From positions 11,098,001 to 11,162,000 of the forward strand of contig OZ024755.1 in the NCBI GenBank assembly GCA_964016885.1: DNA of 64,000 nucleotides. The letters are read 5' to 3'. The DNA comes from Eledone cirrhosa (lineage: Eukaryota). Below, piece by piece: positions 1 through 15,351 of the stretch (position 1 is the first letter of the stretch; the number at the start of each line of letters is the position of its first letter). The notes under the pieces are model-generated. The model did not search any database. It worked only from the letters and a program-made list of their open reading frames with translations, and was not told the origin of the DNA. Position numbers and translations under genes: made by a program.

Positions 1-37
1 ATATATAAATACATATATATATATTATATTTATATAC

Positions 38-78
<41 letters not shown>

Positions 79-774
79 TGAATATTATACATATCTTATT
101 TATATACATATTCTCATATTTTGTATACACAAATATACTAACCCTCATATTATATTATTATGTTTGCATAATTGTTTTTCTATATTGTTTTTATAACATT
201 TTAAATTTAATATTGTTTGTTTTTATTACGTATTATTTCATTATATATACATATATATTATATATATGTATGTATTCATATATATATGCATATATATATA
301 CATATATATATTATATAATTTCGTTGCCATTTTTTCAAACCTTAACACTGATTTACCTCCCTTTCATACCACACTCTTTAGCCACTGTGTCATTGCGCCG
401 TCTTCACATCTCAGGACTCAAGATTATTTTATCATTTTAATGAGTTTAATACGATGGCGTAGGTGGAGTTGGTATTCTTATTCATTTTATTTCATTTATT
501 CTGTTATTTCATATGTTTTGTTCCTTGTTTGTTTGTTTTCTTTCCTTGTGTTGTGTTGTTAAAATTATTAAATATTATCCAGAAAAAATACAAAAGAACA
601 AATTAATAATAATAATGATAAGTTAAAGAAGAAGATTTTCGTTTTTGTTTTTATATACATTTAGGTTTATTTTATTGTTTGATTATTGATTGGGTTTTTT
701 CTTTACTTTTTTCCAATATATCAACAACAACAACAACTATAATAATAATAATGACAATAATAATAATAATAATA

Positions 775-916
775 ATTGGAACGCTTCAAAAGGCATGCTT
801 GCTGGGAACAGCAAGAACCCTCCGATACGTTCTGGATATCTGAGGCTGCAGGTAGTGGCTTGATATTCATTTCAACAAACTTTCCAGTTAACTAACATCA
901 ATGACTGAGACTCAAA

Positions 917-917
<1 letters not shown>
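775..917 (+). mobile_element. 3' end of R4/Dong-like non-LTR retrotransposon in (TAA)n
   Basis: Translates IGTLQKACLLGTARTLRYVLDI*, typical of the C-terminus of RLE-type R4-clade elements; (AAT)n on both sides. Confidence 0.75.
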
Positions 918-980
<63 letters not shown>

Positions 981-1325
981 CTAGGATACACAACGCCACA
1001 AACTGTCCCAAAAATATCTCTTGGACCAGTTCACATCCTGTCCAAGACATCGATTCAATAGCACAGCTGAAGTAAAACAATCTTCACACATGACACACAC
1101 AACTTAGACTATATCTATAGGTTTACCACAAAGTAAAATAACACAACTCACATTAAACTGTAAGCTAAACCCCAGAGCAAAACAAAACCGATGTAGTACA
1201 CTAACAGAATGAATCTAGACTTCCCTACCACCCACAGAAGAAAAAACACAATTTTGCATACATCTCAGAAACACAGAGGTGAATCAAGTGATGCATCAGA
1301 AACTAGCATGATACTATCGAAGAAA
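981..1325 (+). mobile_element. 3' end of a second, diverged R4/Dong-like family
   Basis: Translates ..TVPKISLGPVHILSKTSIQ*, resembling QKIxLLGTxHILxK; bounded by (AAT)n. Confidence 0.45.
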
Positions 1326-1813
1326 TAATAATAATAAAATGTTATATATATATATATATATAGTAATAATAAATGTGAAGACTTCTCAGTGCGATTTATC
1401 TTATATGTTCAATAGACAAATGGGATATGTTTACCTTTTACTTGTTGTAGCCAACTAACTGAAGCTATACCGGGGGTCCCTTGAAAACAAAAATGCAATA
1501 GGCTGACAAAAAAATCCTGAACTACAAGATATACATGGTATGAATGAATAGACACACCATTAAATATGAACGAAAAAAATAGACATTGAAACGTTAACTC
1601 TTCATGTGAAGCCTTCGTTGTTATTGTTGTTGATTGTTATTTTAGTTTTCTCTTTCTTTATTTTAATATGCCCACACACGATCAAACACTCAGATACATG
1701 CCCAAACACTTAGACGCTATATATGTTTATATATATATATATATTCAAACATATATATTCATTCATATATATGTTTTATATATATATATATACATATATA
1801 TATGTACATATAC

Positions 1814-1857
<44 letters not shown>

Positions 1858-2689
1858 CTATTTCAGAGATTCAAAGAGATTTTTAACTTTGATGATGTAT
1901 TGTTGACTATGTGATTAAATGTTGATTGTTGATTGCTAAGGTTGCCTGGTTGCCTGGTTGCTTGGTTGCCTGGTTGCCTGGATGTTTGCTTGCTTGGTTG
2001 CTTGAGTATTTGGTTGGTTGTTCGGTTTCTGGATTAGATTGCTTGGTCACTTGATTGGTAAGGCTGGATGCTCAATTGCTTGCTTGGTTCGTTGCCTTGA
2101 TTCGAATGGGGGGAGGGGAGGGAACTGGGAGTATTTTGGGAATGGTTTAACCGGTTTGTCGACTGAGTTTTGTTTTTATTTGGGACTTTTTTTTTCTTGT
2201 TTTTTTTACTTCTTTTTCATGAAATGTGATCATGATCGAGATTGTTATTATGTAAAAAAATAACGAAACGAAAATGTAAATGTAACATTTATTACTACTA
2301 ATATCAATAATAATGATAACGAAAATGATAATATTAATTATAATAATAACAATAATTAATAATAGTAATTATTATTATTTCTTTAATAATATTAGAGATA
2401 AAAATTTACACGAAAATCAATATTAAAACAAGCAATGAATAGCGTCTCCCAAAAAATACCTCATAACAACCAGCTGCTATTTTTGTTCTATAATAATAAT
2501 AATAATAATGATTCTTTATTTATTTATAATAATAATAATAATAATTAATGATTAATGATTAATCACTGCAACAATTTCAAACACGGAACTTGATAAATCT
2601 ATCGATCCTGCCCTTCTACCTTTTAAAACATAAAACACCATGAAACCTTACAAATACAACAGTTTACACACGCACACACACACACACAC

Positions 2690-2760
<71 letters not shown>

Positions 2761-2770
2761 CACACACACA

Positions 2771-2847
<77 letters not shown>

Positions 2848-3664
2848 GATCGAACAAACAGAATTCCTGAAATATTTTTTAAAAATCAGAAGAAAGGAAA
2901 AACAAGAACAAACAGTAAAGAAATGAGAAATATAAAAAGAAAGAAGAGAATAACAATGAAATATTTTAATTAAAAATTAAATATTTAAAAAAAGGCAGAA
3001 ATATATACAATACAAAGTGAAAAGTGCCACAAAGCAAGTGTTTCTAAGCCGGTTTTGACTCCCGGGCGAAACCAATTCACTTCATATATGCCACTAATTT
3101 CTTTGAGAAAGGCATGAATGCCACATTACTCATTCGCCGCTATAAATATGTGGCCTTGTGCCTAAATAAGATATTTAAAAAGTAATTTTAAAAAATCAAA
3201 ATTTAAATTTTTCAGAGAAAATACGTTTTTTTTTTCTTTTAAAATAATGATAAAAAAAAGAATGATTTTTTTTCTCTTTTTCTACTTCTATTTTCTTCAC
3301 ATTCCTTTTCTTTTTCAAAAAAAACTTTTAAAATTTATGAAATAAATACGTGCCGAGCGTCGTAAAACAAAGTAAACTAAGCTCATAGTTAGCCGAGGCT
3401 GTCACTTCACCTACACCATTAATGCTTCTTGATAAAAGCAAACATTTCGACAAAACATCACAACATCCCATTTACTATTTCTATAGCATAGTGGTTCTCA
3501 GGGACCCAGGCAACATTTATCCCAGTTTACCTCAATTCCTTCCCTATTTTAAATTGTCATCATATTAACTTGAGAAAGCTTTTCCAAACCTCAATAATCT
3601 CGAATGGGATTATGTCTGAAGCAGCAGTTTCTTTGTGAACTGTTAATTTGTGAACGCCCTAACA

Positions 3665-4012
3665 GTTGATATTTCATTTGATATATACACAATATACACT
3701 ATACTTGATATATACTCAATATACACTATACTTGGATATATTGGTATTTCATTTGATATACACACAATATACACTATACTTGATATATACTCAATATACA
3801 CTATACTTGGATATATTGGTATTTCATTTGATATATAACACAATATACACTATACTTGGATATATTGGTATTTCATTTGATATATATACAATATACACTA
3901 TAGTTGGCTATATTGGTATTTCATTTGATATATATACGCTGTACACCACAGTTGAATATAATGGTATTTTATTTGATATATACACAATGTACATTATAGT
4001 TGTGTGTATTTC

Positions 4013-4084
<72 letters not shown>

Positions 4085-4126
4085 ATATATATACTCTATA
4101 GCTGGATATATTGGTATTTCATTTGA

Positions 4127-4177
<51 letters not shown>

Positions 4178-4208
4178 ATGTATATATATATATATATACA
4201 TATATATG

Positions 4209-4273
<65 letters not shown>

Positions 4274-4276
4274 TTA

Positions 4277-4363
<87 letters not shown>

Positions 4364-4422
4364 AAATAATAATGAAATTATTGTGTAAAGTGCTCAGGTG
4401 CACTGCAACATATATATGTATA

Positions 4423-4461
<39 letters not shown>

Positions 4462-4500
4462 TATAGCTGGATATATTTCATTTGATATATACACAATGAT
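3665..4500. repeat. 27/48/75-bp compound minisatellite decaying into (TA)n
   Basis: Units gatatatacacaatatacactatactt and ggatatattggtatttcatttg; later copies are separated by TA expansions. Confidence 0.85.
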
Positions 4501-4991
4501 GTAAACGATTCTTTTTCCAGTTTGGATAACTCCCCTGATTAACATCCCTCCCCAATTCCTTCCTTCGCTAGAATTCTTCCCCTGTGAACCAAGAACTTCC
4601 CGTTTGAGGATGAATGCTATAATATATAATGATTTTGTGTCTAGATGAAACAGAAGAAAACCATACAAAGAAACAAAGAAGCAATTTAATCAATTGTTTG
4701 TGAAGTGACATTCGCTGAAGAATAATGTAAAGTACATAAGTTCTAAAGCAAACACAATCCTCTTGCGGTTTTCATCTTCAGTAGAAGCCATTTTACTTCA
4801 CACTTTACGTCGCTAAAGCCCTTGGGAAAGGCATGAACGTCACAAGTTCCCACTAGCCCTTTCCTCTATAATATATATATATATATATATTTGTGTGTGT
4901 GTGTGTGTGTCTTTTGTTTTGGGCATATATATATATATACATATATATATATACATATATATATGCATATATATATACATATATATATATA

Positions 4992-5065
<74 letters not shown>

Positions 5066-5076
5066 TATATATATAT

Positions 5077-5153
<77 letters not shown>

Positions 5154-5166
5154 TATATATAAATAT

Positions 5167-5221
<55 letters not shown>

Positions 5222-5682
5222 CCCTATAGTGCCTAGTAAAGAAACCAAAGTTATATAACGAAATAACGAAATAATACGGCTTAAATCTAAACCTAATCTT
5301 TCTACTAGAGTCACCATATTAGCCTAATCAAAGACTTCTTTAAAGAGAAAAAAAATACGAAAATACATAAAAAATATAAAATGCCTTTTTACGAAAAATA
5401 AATCATAGATTTTCTCTTTTTTATTTTTTATTTTTCTTGTGATTCAAACATCAAAACAATATTCCCTCCCCACTAACACAAAGAATTTACCTTCTTATAT
5501 TTAAAAATGAACACTTAAAAAAAAAAGTCGTAGACGAAAAAAAAACAACGCAAAGTATTTTCCGATTTTACACAGTTTTTTATTATTATTAACTATTTTT
5601 GTTTTCGAAAAAGGAAATTGACTGGCTGCTGACAAATCTCTTTATATATGTATGTGTGCCTGTGCATGTATACATGTCTATG

Positions 5683-5782
<100 letters not shown>

Positions 5783-7036
5783 CCTATATATATATATATA
5801 TATATATATAATGGATGGTGAACTCATACATTTTTGAAATGTAATCAGCAAAACAAAGTTCTCAATATGTTTAGGTGAGTTGAAAATAAAATAATATTTA
5901 TTTAAAACTGAGTCACTGTGTGTTATCAAATATTTCTCGTTCACAATCGAGGGTTGATAACGAAAACCTGTGAAATGCAACTCATACAAACTCAGCTTAG
6001 AATAAATGTATATGAGAGAGAGTGTACATGTGTGCGCAAGTGTTATTACGAACAACATAAAGTCGACTAAATACATCAGATAGAATGAAAAATTTACTAT
6101 TTGTACACTACTTCAATGTTCTTGCCCGATGGTAATCCAACGAAAGAGTATCCACAATATTAACGGGTTTTATACGGGACCCATATAAAAAATACAGACT
6201 CACATAGAATTATATAGAAAACTAAAATTACTTCTGAGAACTTTTGAGAACATCGTACAAAATAAATTTATTAAATAAAACTTGTACATCCAAACATTGT
6301 ACATGCTAAAATTCCTTCCGAAATGGTGTCTTCGAAATAAACACATATCTTAAAGTAATAGTTAAAAATCAGTTTAAATATGTTTTATAGAAAGGTATGC
6401 TTCGTAAATTCATTATTCAAGTTTGCAGAAAATGTTTATTAAAGAAATACTAAAATTCAAAAGGTAATATAGTCATTAATTCATATACATTAAAAGTATG
6501 TAATGAATATTCCTATCGGGGCTTTTTGTATAAATTGATTTAAAACATAATTACGAACTAATTAAATTTTAAAAAAAGTACTTTAAAAAGATATTTAGAA
6601 ATTAGCAATTAATTACTTTTAAAAGGTTCTATAAGTAATACGTCTACATTAACACACTATACTTAAAAGATACAAAAACAAAAGGATTGTAGATGCAAGT
6701 AAGAGAAAAACATCTTTAAATTCCTTAGGATAGCATTCACGAAATAACTGTTAAAAATTGGATTTTTAAAAAAAAAAAAAAATTTACGAAACTATGGCTG
6801 GTACGACAATATTAAATGTTCATAAAATAAATACATACATGCTTGTTGAAATGAAAGGTGATCCTACCAATATTAATAATGCTCGTAGAAAGAAATGTGT
6901 TAACTCATCCAATATTTAATGATTTTTCTATACCAATTAAAGAGAATTTATTGTGCCATCTACCACGTCATCCCTTCTTTATAACTAACAAAACGAAAAA
7001 ACTTAATCGTTGACATGAACTCATATAAATACATAC

Positions 7037-7109
<73 letters not shown>

Positions 7110-7117
7110 CATACATA

Positions 7118-7149
<32 letters not shown>

Positions 7150-7257
7150 CTTGTACATATACAAATACATATACATAGTTTGTCAGCAGTCCAGCAGTAG
7201 TGCGGTGTCTTAGAGTCACCATATTCCAGCAGAATCCTCATATACTTGCCACGTATT

Positions 7258-7368
<111 letters not shown>

Positions 7369-7476
7369 ATTTATATATATCATATGTATATATATCATGT
7401 ATATACATATGTATGTATATATATATATATATCATATGTATATATATATGTATATATATATGTATATATATGTATA

Positions 7477-7577
<101 letters not shown>

Positions 7578-7802
7578 GTAGATATACTACACTTTAAATT
7601 ATTTTTCGGCCATTAAAAAAGTTTTCTTATACACAAAGCCTCATTGCAATTAACAATGTGCCTACACACGACATATTCTGATGTTCCCATATTCCCATGT
7701 TCCAATATCCCTATGTTTTCATGTTCTGCGTGCTTGAATGATACTGTATTAAATGAGAATGTGAGAGATGTTCTATATGCGTGCCTGCCTTACGTTTATT
7801 AG

Positions 7803-7861
<59 letters not shown>

Positions 7862-7927
7862 CTATTATTACATATCGTCACATGACTTGATTTATCTTCC
7901 TTATGAATGTTCCTGTTTACATAACAA

Positions 7928-7967
<40 letters not shown>

Positions 7968-8065
7968 CATTTTTGCATTTAAGCCGAAATGCACGCATGC
8001 ACATTCATGTATATATACTTGAGAGTCATTACATACAAGAAAAGAATGTGCCCTCGATATGAAAT

Positions 8066-8108
<43 letters not shown>

Positions 8109-8261
8109 ATTTATGTGTGTATGTGTGTGTGTCCAGTTTTTGCTCCTGTCCAAGTATTAATGAATATATATGTGTGTGTATGTATAGATGTACAAACATG
8201 ATTTAAAAGTACTTCATACATGTAGTAGAGTTTGTTCTATTATTCGAGTCCCAAGCGTCAC

Positions 8262-8329
<68 letters not shown>

Positions 8330-8459
8330 AGTATTGTGGAGACTTTCTCAAGGAGTAAATGTTTCTTTTAATCTGCCTATTTTCATACTTCATAATCATA
8401 GCTATGAGATTTTTAAACTTTGCCATTATTAATTTTTTTTCACTGATAGCAAATACATA

Positions 8460-8560
<101 letters not shown>

Positions 8561-8612
8561 TTAGATACATATATATATACATAGATATAAGCATACATAG
8601 ATATATGTATAC

Positions 8613-8643
<31 letters not shown>

Positions 8644-8651
8644 TATATATA

Positions 8652-8800
<149 letters not shown>

Positions 8801-9384
8801 TATCTGTGTCCTATGTGTATGTATATGTCACTCTTTGAATGTGTGTGTGTGTGTCAGAGTGTGTACGTGTATGTATTTCATCTGACTCCATTGTTTGTAT
8901 TTCGTGATAACTAAATGTCCTCAAACTAGTCCCTAACCACGCTTTATTGTATTTATTCTCTCCAAACTTATTGAATTCTTTATTTCAAGGGACGTCACTT
9001 AAAGCAAACTTATTTGTAGAGAGCTTCTGATACGTATGATTTCTTATAACTTCTTATTATTTGACGACATAACCAAGACGGTATTAACCCTTAATTGGGT
9101 CCTGAGGCTATCAAGTACTTCGGGCCGCTTCAGGCACTTTAGTCCTTTACCCTGCTGCAGCTGACAGCCTGGTCCCGGTACGACGAACCCCTAGACCCTA
9201 CGAAGCTCCTAGGCTTCAATCAATCTAGTCGACCTTATGAATAACACGGCCCTATGTTTAGCTATATTTCGTCTTCCCTTTTCCACTTCTATCATGTAGC
9301 TTTCTCTTCTATTATATTGTATGTAGCTGTAGAACCCAGTAAATAGTAAATATAAATATAATGTATATAAATGAATGGTTATAA

Positions 9385-9689
9385 TTGTTTTAGGGGAAAG
9401 CCAGTACAATGCAAGTAAGGAATACAGAAGTAATAATTAGTGTACAGTAAAGTAGGAAAAACACAACTATTTACACTTTTACCTTATATTTCATATTGCA
9501 AGATTAGAATCTCTTTCAACATCATAATTAATTTCTTTTTAGTTTGAAAATAGGATCATAACCTCGAAATATCATAAAATATAATTTAAAAGTGTAAACT
9601 CTTCTTTTGTTTTTGTTTATCTTTCTTTACTTTACACTAGTTTTCACTCTTGTATTTCTAACTTACATTGTACTTGCTTTCCAAAACAA
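9385..9689. mobile_element. Degenerate foldback/MITE-like inverted repeat
   Basis: ggaaagccagtacaatgcaagtaaggaatac matches the reverse complement of gtatttctaacttacattgtacttgctttcc; similarity continues inward for over 100 bp. Confidence 0.6.
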
Positions 9690-10366
9690 ACAATCTTAAT
9701 CACATATCTCACAATGCTTGATATAAACTTTATAAATAAAGTATCCAATGAACTCTAAAATAAACTATATAAAACGGCCATAACTGCATTCAGTATCGAC
9801 CTAGTTCGAACTCAGTACATTTCTATAAATAATCTAACGAACAAACCGTCCATTCTTTCCATATTTATTTAATTTGTAGCTAGATAGAGTGAGGCAGGAA
9901 ATGTTCAGTGCCTTTCCGATACCCCGCCCTTTATCTCACCCAAAATCTGAAGAAAAGCAAACAAGATTATTAAAGAAAAATTAAATAAAACTTAAATAAA
10001 AAAAATTATTACTTTACGTAATAAGTTGGCATCTTATCTCTGCAGCCATTTTAAATTCACAATATATTTATATTTCTGATATTTTAAATTAGCTTCGATA
10101 TTTATTTTGTTTTACTTTTCATATTATTATTTTTTCTCTTTTTTTTTCATTTTGTTTTACTTACTTTACTTACTTTTCACTTATATTTTCCTCAATAATA
10201 ATAAAAATAATAACAACAATAATAATAATAATAATAATTTTGACTAAAGTAAAAGGGGAAAACCTTAATAGGAGTAGGAAGGACAAGATAGCTTCTCATC
10301 CTTGACCATGGGTGTGATCCGATATGAAGTATACTTATACTGTGTAACAAGAACAATAATAATAAT

Positions 10367-10554
10367 AATTGTTTCTACTTTTGGCACAAGGCCAGCAATT
10401 ACACAGTGCATTACTGGTACTTTATTTTATCGACCCCGTAAGGATGAAAGGCAAAGTTAACCTCGGCGGGATTTGAACTCAGTCCGTAAAGGGGCGTAAC
10501 TATGCTGCAAAACATAGCGTCCAACCCTCTACCGATACTGCCAATCCACCGCCC

Positions 10555-10556
<2 letters not shown>
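10367..10556 (-). mobile_element. tRNA-derived SINE (family A), full length
   Basis: A-box tggcagtatcgg, B-box gagttcaaatcc, body gcctttcatccttacggggtcgataaaataaagtaccag, (ATT)n tail. Confidence 0.85.
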
Positions 10557-10591
<35 letters not shown>

Positions 10592-11714
10592 TTTCTAGTA
10601 TAGGCACAAGGCCAGTAATTTTTGGTGGGGAATTGACTAAATCGACCCCAGTACGTTACTGGTGCTTTATTTAATAACAATAATAATATCTATGTTTGCC
10701 ATAAAAACCAGTTCATTCAAAACTAGTTATATATAGGTTGCATAGTTATATAAAAATGAGGAGTGGGACGAAACCATTAAACAATATATTCAGATATTTT
10801 TTAAATTGTTAAATAAACACAGAAAAATTACAGAAAATAAATAATAAAATATATACATAATAAATTATATACATATATAAATCTAAACAAAGTTTAATTC
10901 CTGATACGGACTGGCGTCTGATCTTTTTATGATAGGACTGGGGTCTTCTAGTATTAATAACACTCGAGAAACCTGCTATAGTATTAACCTTGTAGAAGAC
11001 CTGCTAAACTTACATAGGTACGAGCTATGCCTAGAACAACTAAAACAGTCTATCGTCTAAATGGCTTTTGATCCCTGGTCCTCTTTCCTTGTCTCCAATC
11101 AGCACGCATTCTTCTACATCTTCCTTTAGGTTATTCTTTAGAGCTTCCAGGATCTCGTTGGAGCTTTACATATCGTTCCAGGGCGTACACATCTTCCAGT
11201 CGTTTTACACACCTTTGCTTTGGGCTCATTTCTTTATTTTATGCTTTTTTTTCTTCCTTATTGCTTTCCGGGACTGTTTGCCACTCTTCTCCAGCCTTTA
11301 TTTGCTCCTCATCATTGCAAGACTGGTGTGATAGAACTGCTAGGCATGCCCCACATCTTCTTGGTCGTCGTGGCACTGAAAACGAGGCATTTTTTCTGAT
11401 GAGATTCTGATATAGCAGTTTCTGAGACTTCTGGTTCTCTGGATATAGCAGTTTCTGAGACTTGTCGTTGTTGTTGTTGTTGTTGTTCTTCTTCTTCTTC
11501 TTCTTCTTCTTCTTCTTCTTTATGATGATGAAGATAATGATGATGACGATGTTGTTGTTTGTTTGTTTGTAGCTTCCTCTGCTTTTCCAGCTCCTCAGGC
11601 CAGAAAGCCCTTAACTAACTTTTACTTTCACAGGTTTAGCAATTGGGTTTTCTGCTCTGCATCACCAGTCTAATTGCTTTCCTTTATACACACACACACA
11701 CATATATATATATA

Positions 11715-11792
<78 letters not shown>

Positions 11793-12044
11793 TGTCTGTG
11801 TATAAATAAATATATATGTATGTATGTGTGTATATATATATATAAAGAGAGAGAGAGAGACATATATATGGGTTAGTATGGTTTTTCACAAGCGGTTTAT
11901 TCTTAAACTTTCAAAATACTTAAAGATTGTAAACTTACTTTTTACACTTCCCATATAAATCTATAAATTGCATTTCATGCAGAAACACTCATTTCTGCAT
12001 TTACACATGTTAGTCTATAAGGCTATGCATGTATTTATTTCTAT

Positions 12045-12292
12045 TTAACCAGTCGCTTAACCTTTAGCTTAGTTGACAGATGTTATAGAGCTGAATTAGC
12101 TTTCTTATTAATACTAATCCATATTTTTTTAACCAGTTAGTTAATCTTTTAACTTAGGTGACCGTTGTTATACAGTAGAATTAAATTTCCATGTTAATCC
12201 TAATCCACATTGTTTAATCGGTTCACTTTTAATTTAGGTGAATGCTGTTATTAGGTAGGATTAAGCTTTCATATTAATCTTAGCTCAACATT
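12045..12292. repeat. Degenerate ~84-bp tandem repeat x3
   Basis: taaccagt..ttag(g/t)tgac..tgttata..attaat.ctaatcca recurs at ~12046, 12130 and 12215. Confidence 0.65.
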
Positions 12293-12336
12293 CAGAATCA
12301 ACTTTCAAGTTAGACCAATTTTGAATTTACCTGTTA

Positions 12337-12413
<77 letters not shown>

Positions 12414-14643
12414 GCGTGTGCGTGTGTGTGTGTGCGTGTGTGTGTGTGTGTGCGGCACGCAATCTTATTTCATTTCCTTCCGATTATATGAATATATCGA
12501 TCATATATTGTGAGCTGGCAAATACGTTTGAGAGCCGAATCAAATGTCTTCTAGCATTTCTTCTTCTTCTTCATTGTTTAGAGTTCGAATTCCATTTAGG
12601 CTCATTTATATTGATTGTTTTGTTTGGTTTTTTCTGTCCTTATTATCCTGTCCAATCTTTTTAATATAAATAATACATATGTCATACCCTGCGATCAAAT
12701 CATTCAGCTATACCGATCTGTCATTTTCTTTGTGCCTTGTCAAAAGAAATCCATTATGACTGGAGTGTAACAAAGAACGACCCCCGATAAGTGTTAAATA
12801 TAGAGTTTAAAGCCCGAAGTCTCATTAAGCAGGAGCTTCGTCCCGTTTCATTGGCATTAAATGACTGAGAATACAAGACGATGCATAAGTGGACTGGATC
12901 TCAATACCAGCGATACTGAGCGCGTAACATTTCCGTAGCTATCTTTGTACAGCGGCTATTATTTCAGTTTTACGTGACATCTTTTCAGCTGTTTTATTTT
13001 ACCCAAAGGGCCACATGTCATTGCCTAAACGCTCATATGACCAGTCCACCTTTGCTAGGATTGGACACCAGGACAGGACATCAGGACAGGATACCAAAAC
13101 GGGACACCATGACGAGACGCCATAACGAGACACCAGAAAGAGATGCCAGTCTGTTGTCGGTTTAACCACCACCCCTAGTGGTATTCATTTTCCAATTCCC
13201 GCGCTCCGTAAAATAACATTTGTATTTCGATAACATTCGATGGTAAAGGTGCGTAGCTTAATACTTAGGGCGTCCATCCTGTCTCTTAATCCGTTATTGG
13301 TTGAAGCTCACCCAATACAAGATTTTAGAATATACATTTTAAATGACTTTCGCTTATTTACATATTTAGAAAAGTTCATATTCTATAAATAAATAAATAC
13401 GGATCTTCTGTCTTAGGTAAGGCACTGAAACTCCCTACTCTCACTTACATGACAACAGAACAATTTCTTTTAATATTAAAACAATAAAAGATCGAGTTCA
13501 CAATAAGTTAAATTATTTTCCTAAGTCAATATACATTTAGCGTATAAACATAAGATAATTTAAATAAATTCAAGGGAATTAACTCTAAAACACTATTTTA
13601 GTAAGGGACATTACTCCATAAACTTAATGATATCCTTTTAAATGTTTTTATTTCTTTTAGCATTTCGTAGTGGGTTTTATTCAAATATATCTTTTTTTTA
13701 TAATTATTTTTCGGTATTGATATCTTATTAAAAGAAAATGTGCTGTAGTGATGGCTGATATACAAAATAAAATAAACCCACTTAAATTATCTTCGTCTAT
13801 CTTGGTTCAAACTTCAAACCTTACCGAACCCGAATTTGCCTTTACTCCCGTTTCGGTTTCGATAAAATATGCCTCTATGTAATTAAGACAAGTATTCATT
13901 TTATTAAAGCTAAAAATATTACAAATTGTTTATAATTCTTACAGAATGAAAGTATAAATACAATTAATATATACAATTAATTATTACTAGGAACCTTATA
14001 AATATAATTCACACTAATATATAATCAAAGCGAGAGAGAGAAAAATCAAAATAGACATATATACACATTCCTTCTCTGCCCATCCCTGACACAATTTTGT
14101 CTGTGTGCCTAGTTTTTAAAAAAAAAATTTAATATGTAAGTAAGGATAATTATCATCAAAATAATTACTGCTTTTAATATTTTCAAAGACATGTGTGTTT
14201 CGGTTTTTTGTTGATGTTATTTTAAATGTGCTTTTTTAAATCTAAATACTACCTGTAATGTCTTTATATCATACGATTATCGTTACTGTTGTATTTTTTA
14301 ACTCAATCATGTTTGCTATTTTTGACAAACAGACAGACTCACTTACATAGGCGCACGCTCATCACCAAAACAAAAACGACACTATCTGTTTTCAACACAG
14401 GATTTCAAGCAAGGATTGTCTTATACACATTCACATCTTTACTGGTTCCAGCCAGTAGGTTGTGGCCATACTGGAGCACCACCGTATGTTTATTCAAAGC
14501 ATAAAGTTATTTTTTTATATACATAACAAGAAATTATCCTCTCCCGTAGTAAACAAGTAATTTTATAACTTTTTCATTCTATTGCAATTTTCGGCGATCT
14601 TTTTATAATTGGTAAACAATATGTAAACAATGAATTATACTGT

Positions 14644-14730
<87 letters not shown>

Positions 14731-14731
14731 A

Positions 14732-14812
14732 TACAGGGTATCTAAAAAATGTATTCACACTTCAATAGCATTCTAATGAATGTGTGTATACATTGTTTTG
14801 GGACACCCTATA
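14732..14812. mobile_element. ~80-bp Tc1/mariner-type MITE in TA repeat
   Basis: TA-CAGGGTATCTAAAAAATGTAT ... ATACATTGTTTTGGGACACCCTA-TA; an opposite-orientation copy lies at 59605-59684. Confidence 0.7.
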
Positions 14813-14843
14813 TATATATGTATATATATATATACATATATAC

Positions 14844-14970
<127 letters not shown>

Positions 14971-15003
14971 CATACATATATACATACATATATACATACA
15001 TAT

Positions 15004-15066
<63 letters not shown>

Positions 15067-15067
15067 C

Positions 15068-15164
<97 letters not shown>

Positions 15165-15177
15165 TAATATATATATA

Positions 15178-15232
15178 TGGCATTAATAGAGAATATATAA
15201 ATTTCTACTTTGGTATTGTGAATTCATTCTTG

Positions 15233-15296
<64 letters not shown>

Positions 15297-15351
15297 CAAG
15301 AATGAATTCACAATACCAAAGTAGAAATTTATATATTCTCTATTAATGCCA
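15178..15351. repeat. Perfect palindrome with (TA)n centre
   Basis: 58-bp arms (15178-15235 and 15294-15351) are exact reverse complements. Confidence 0.92.

Noticed and set aside
9060-9270. GC-richer unique island as a possible exon
   Set aside because: It has only short frames, no recognisable motif and no convincing splice-site pair.
12045-12292. 84-bp period suggesting a C2H2 zinc-finger array
   Set aside because: I saw no Cys/His spacing or TGEKP linker, and the sequence is stop-rich.
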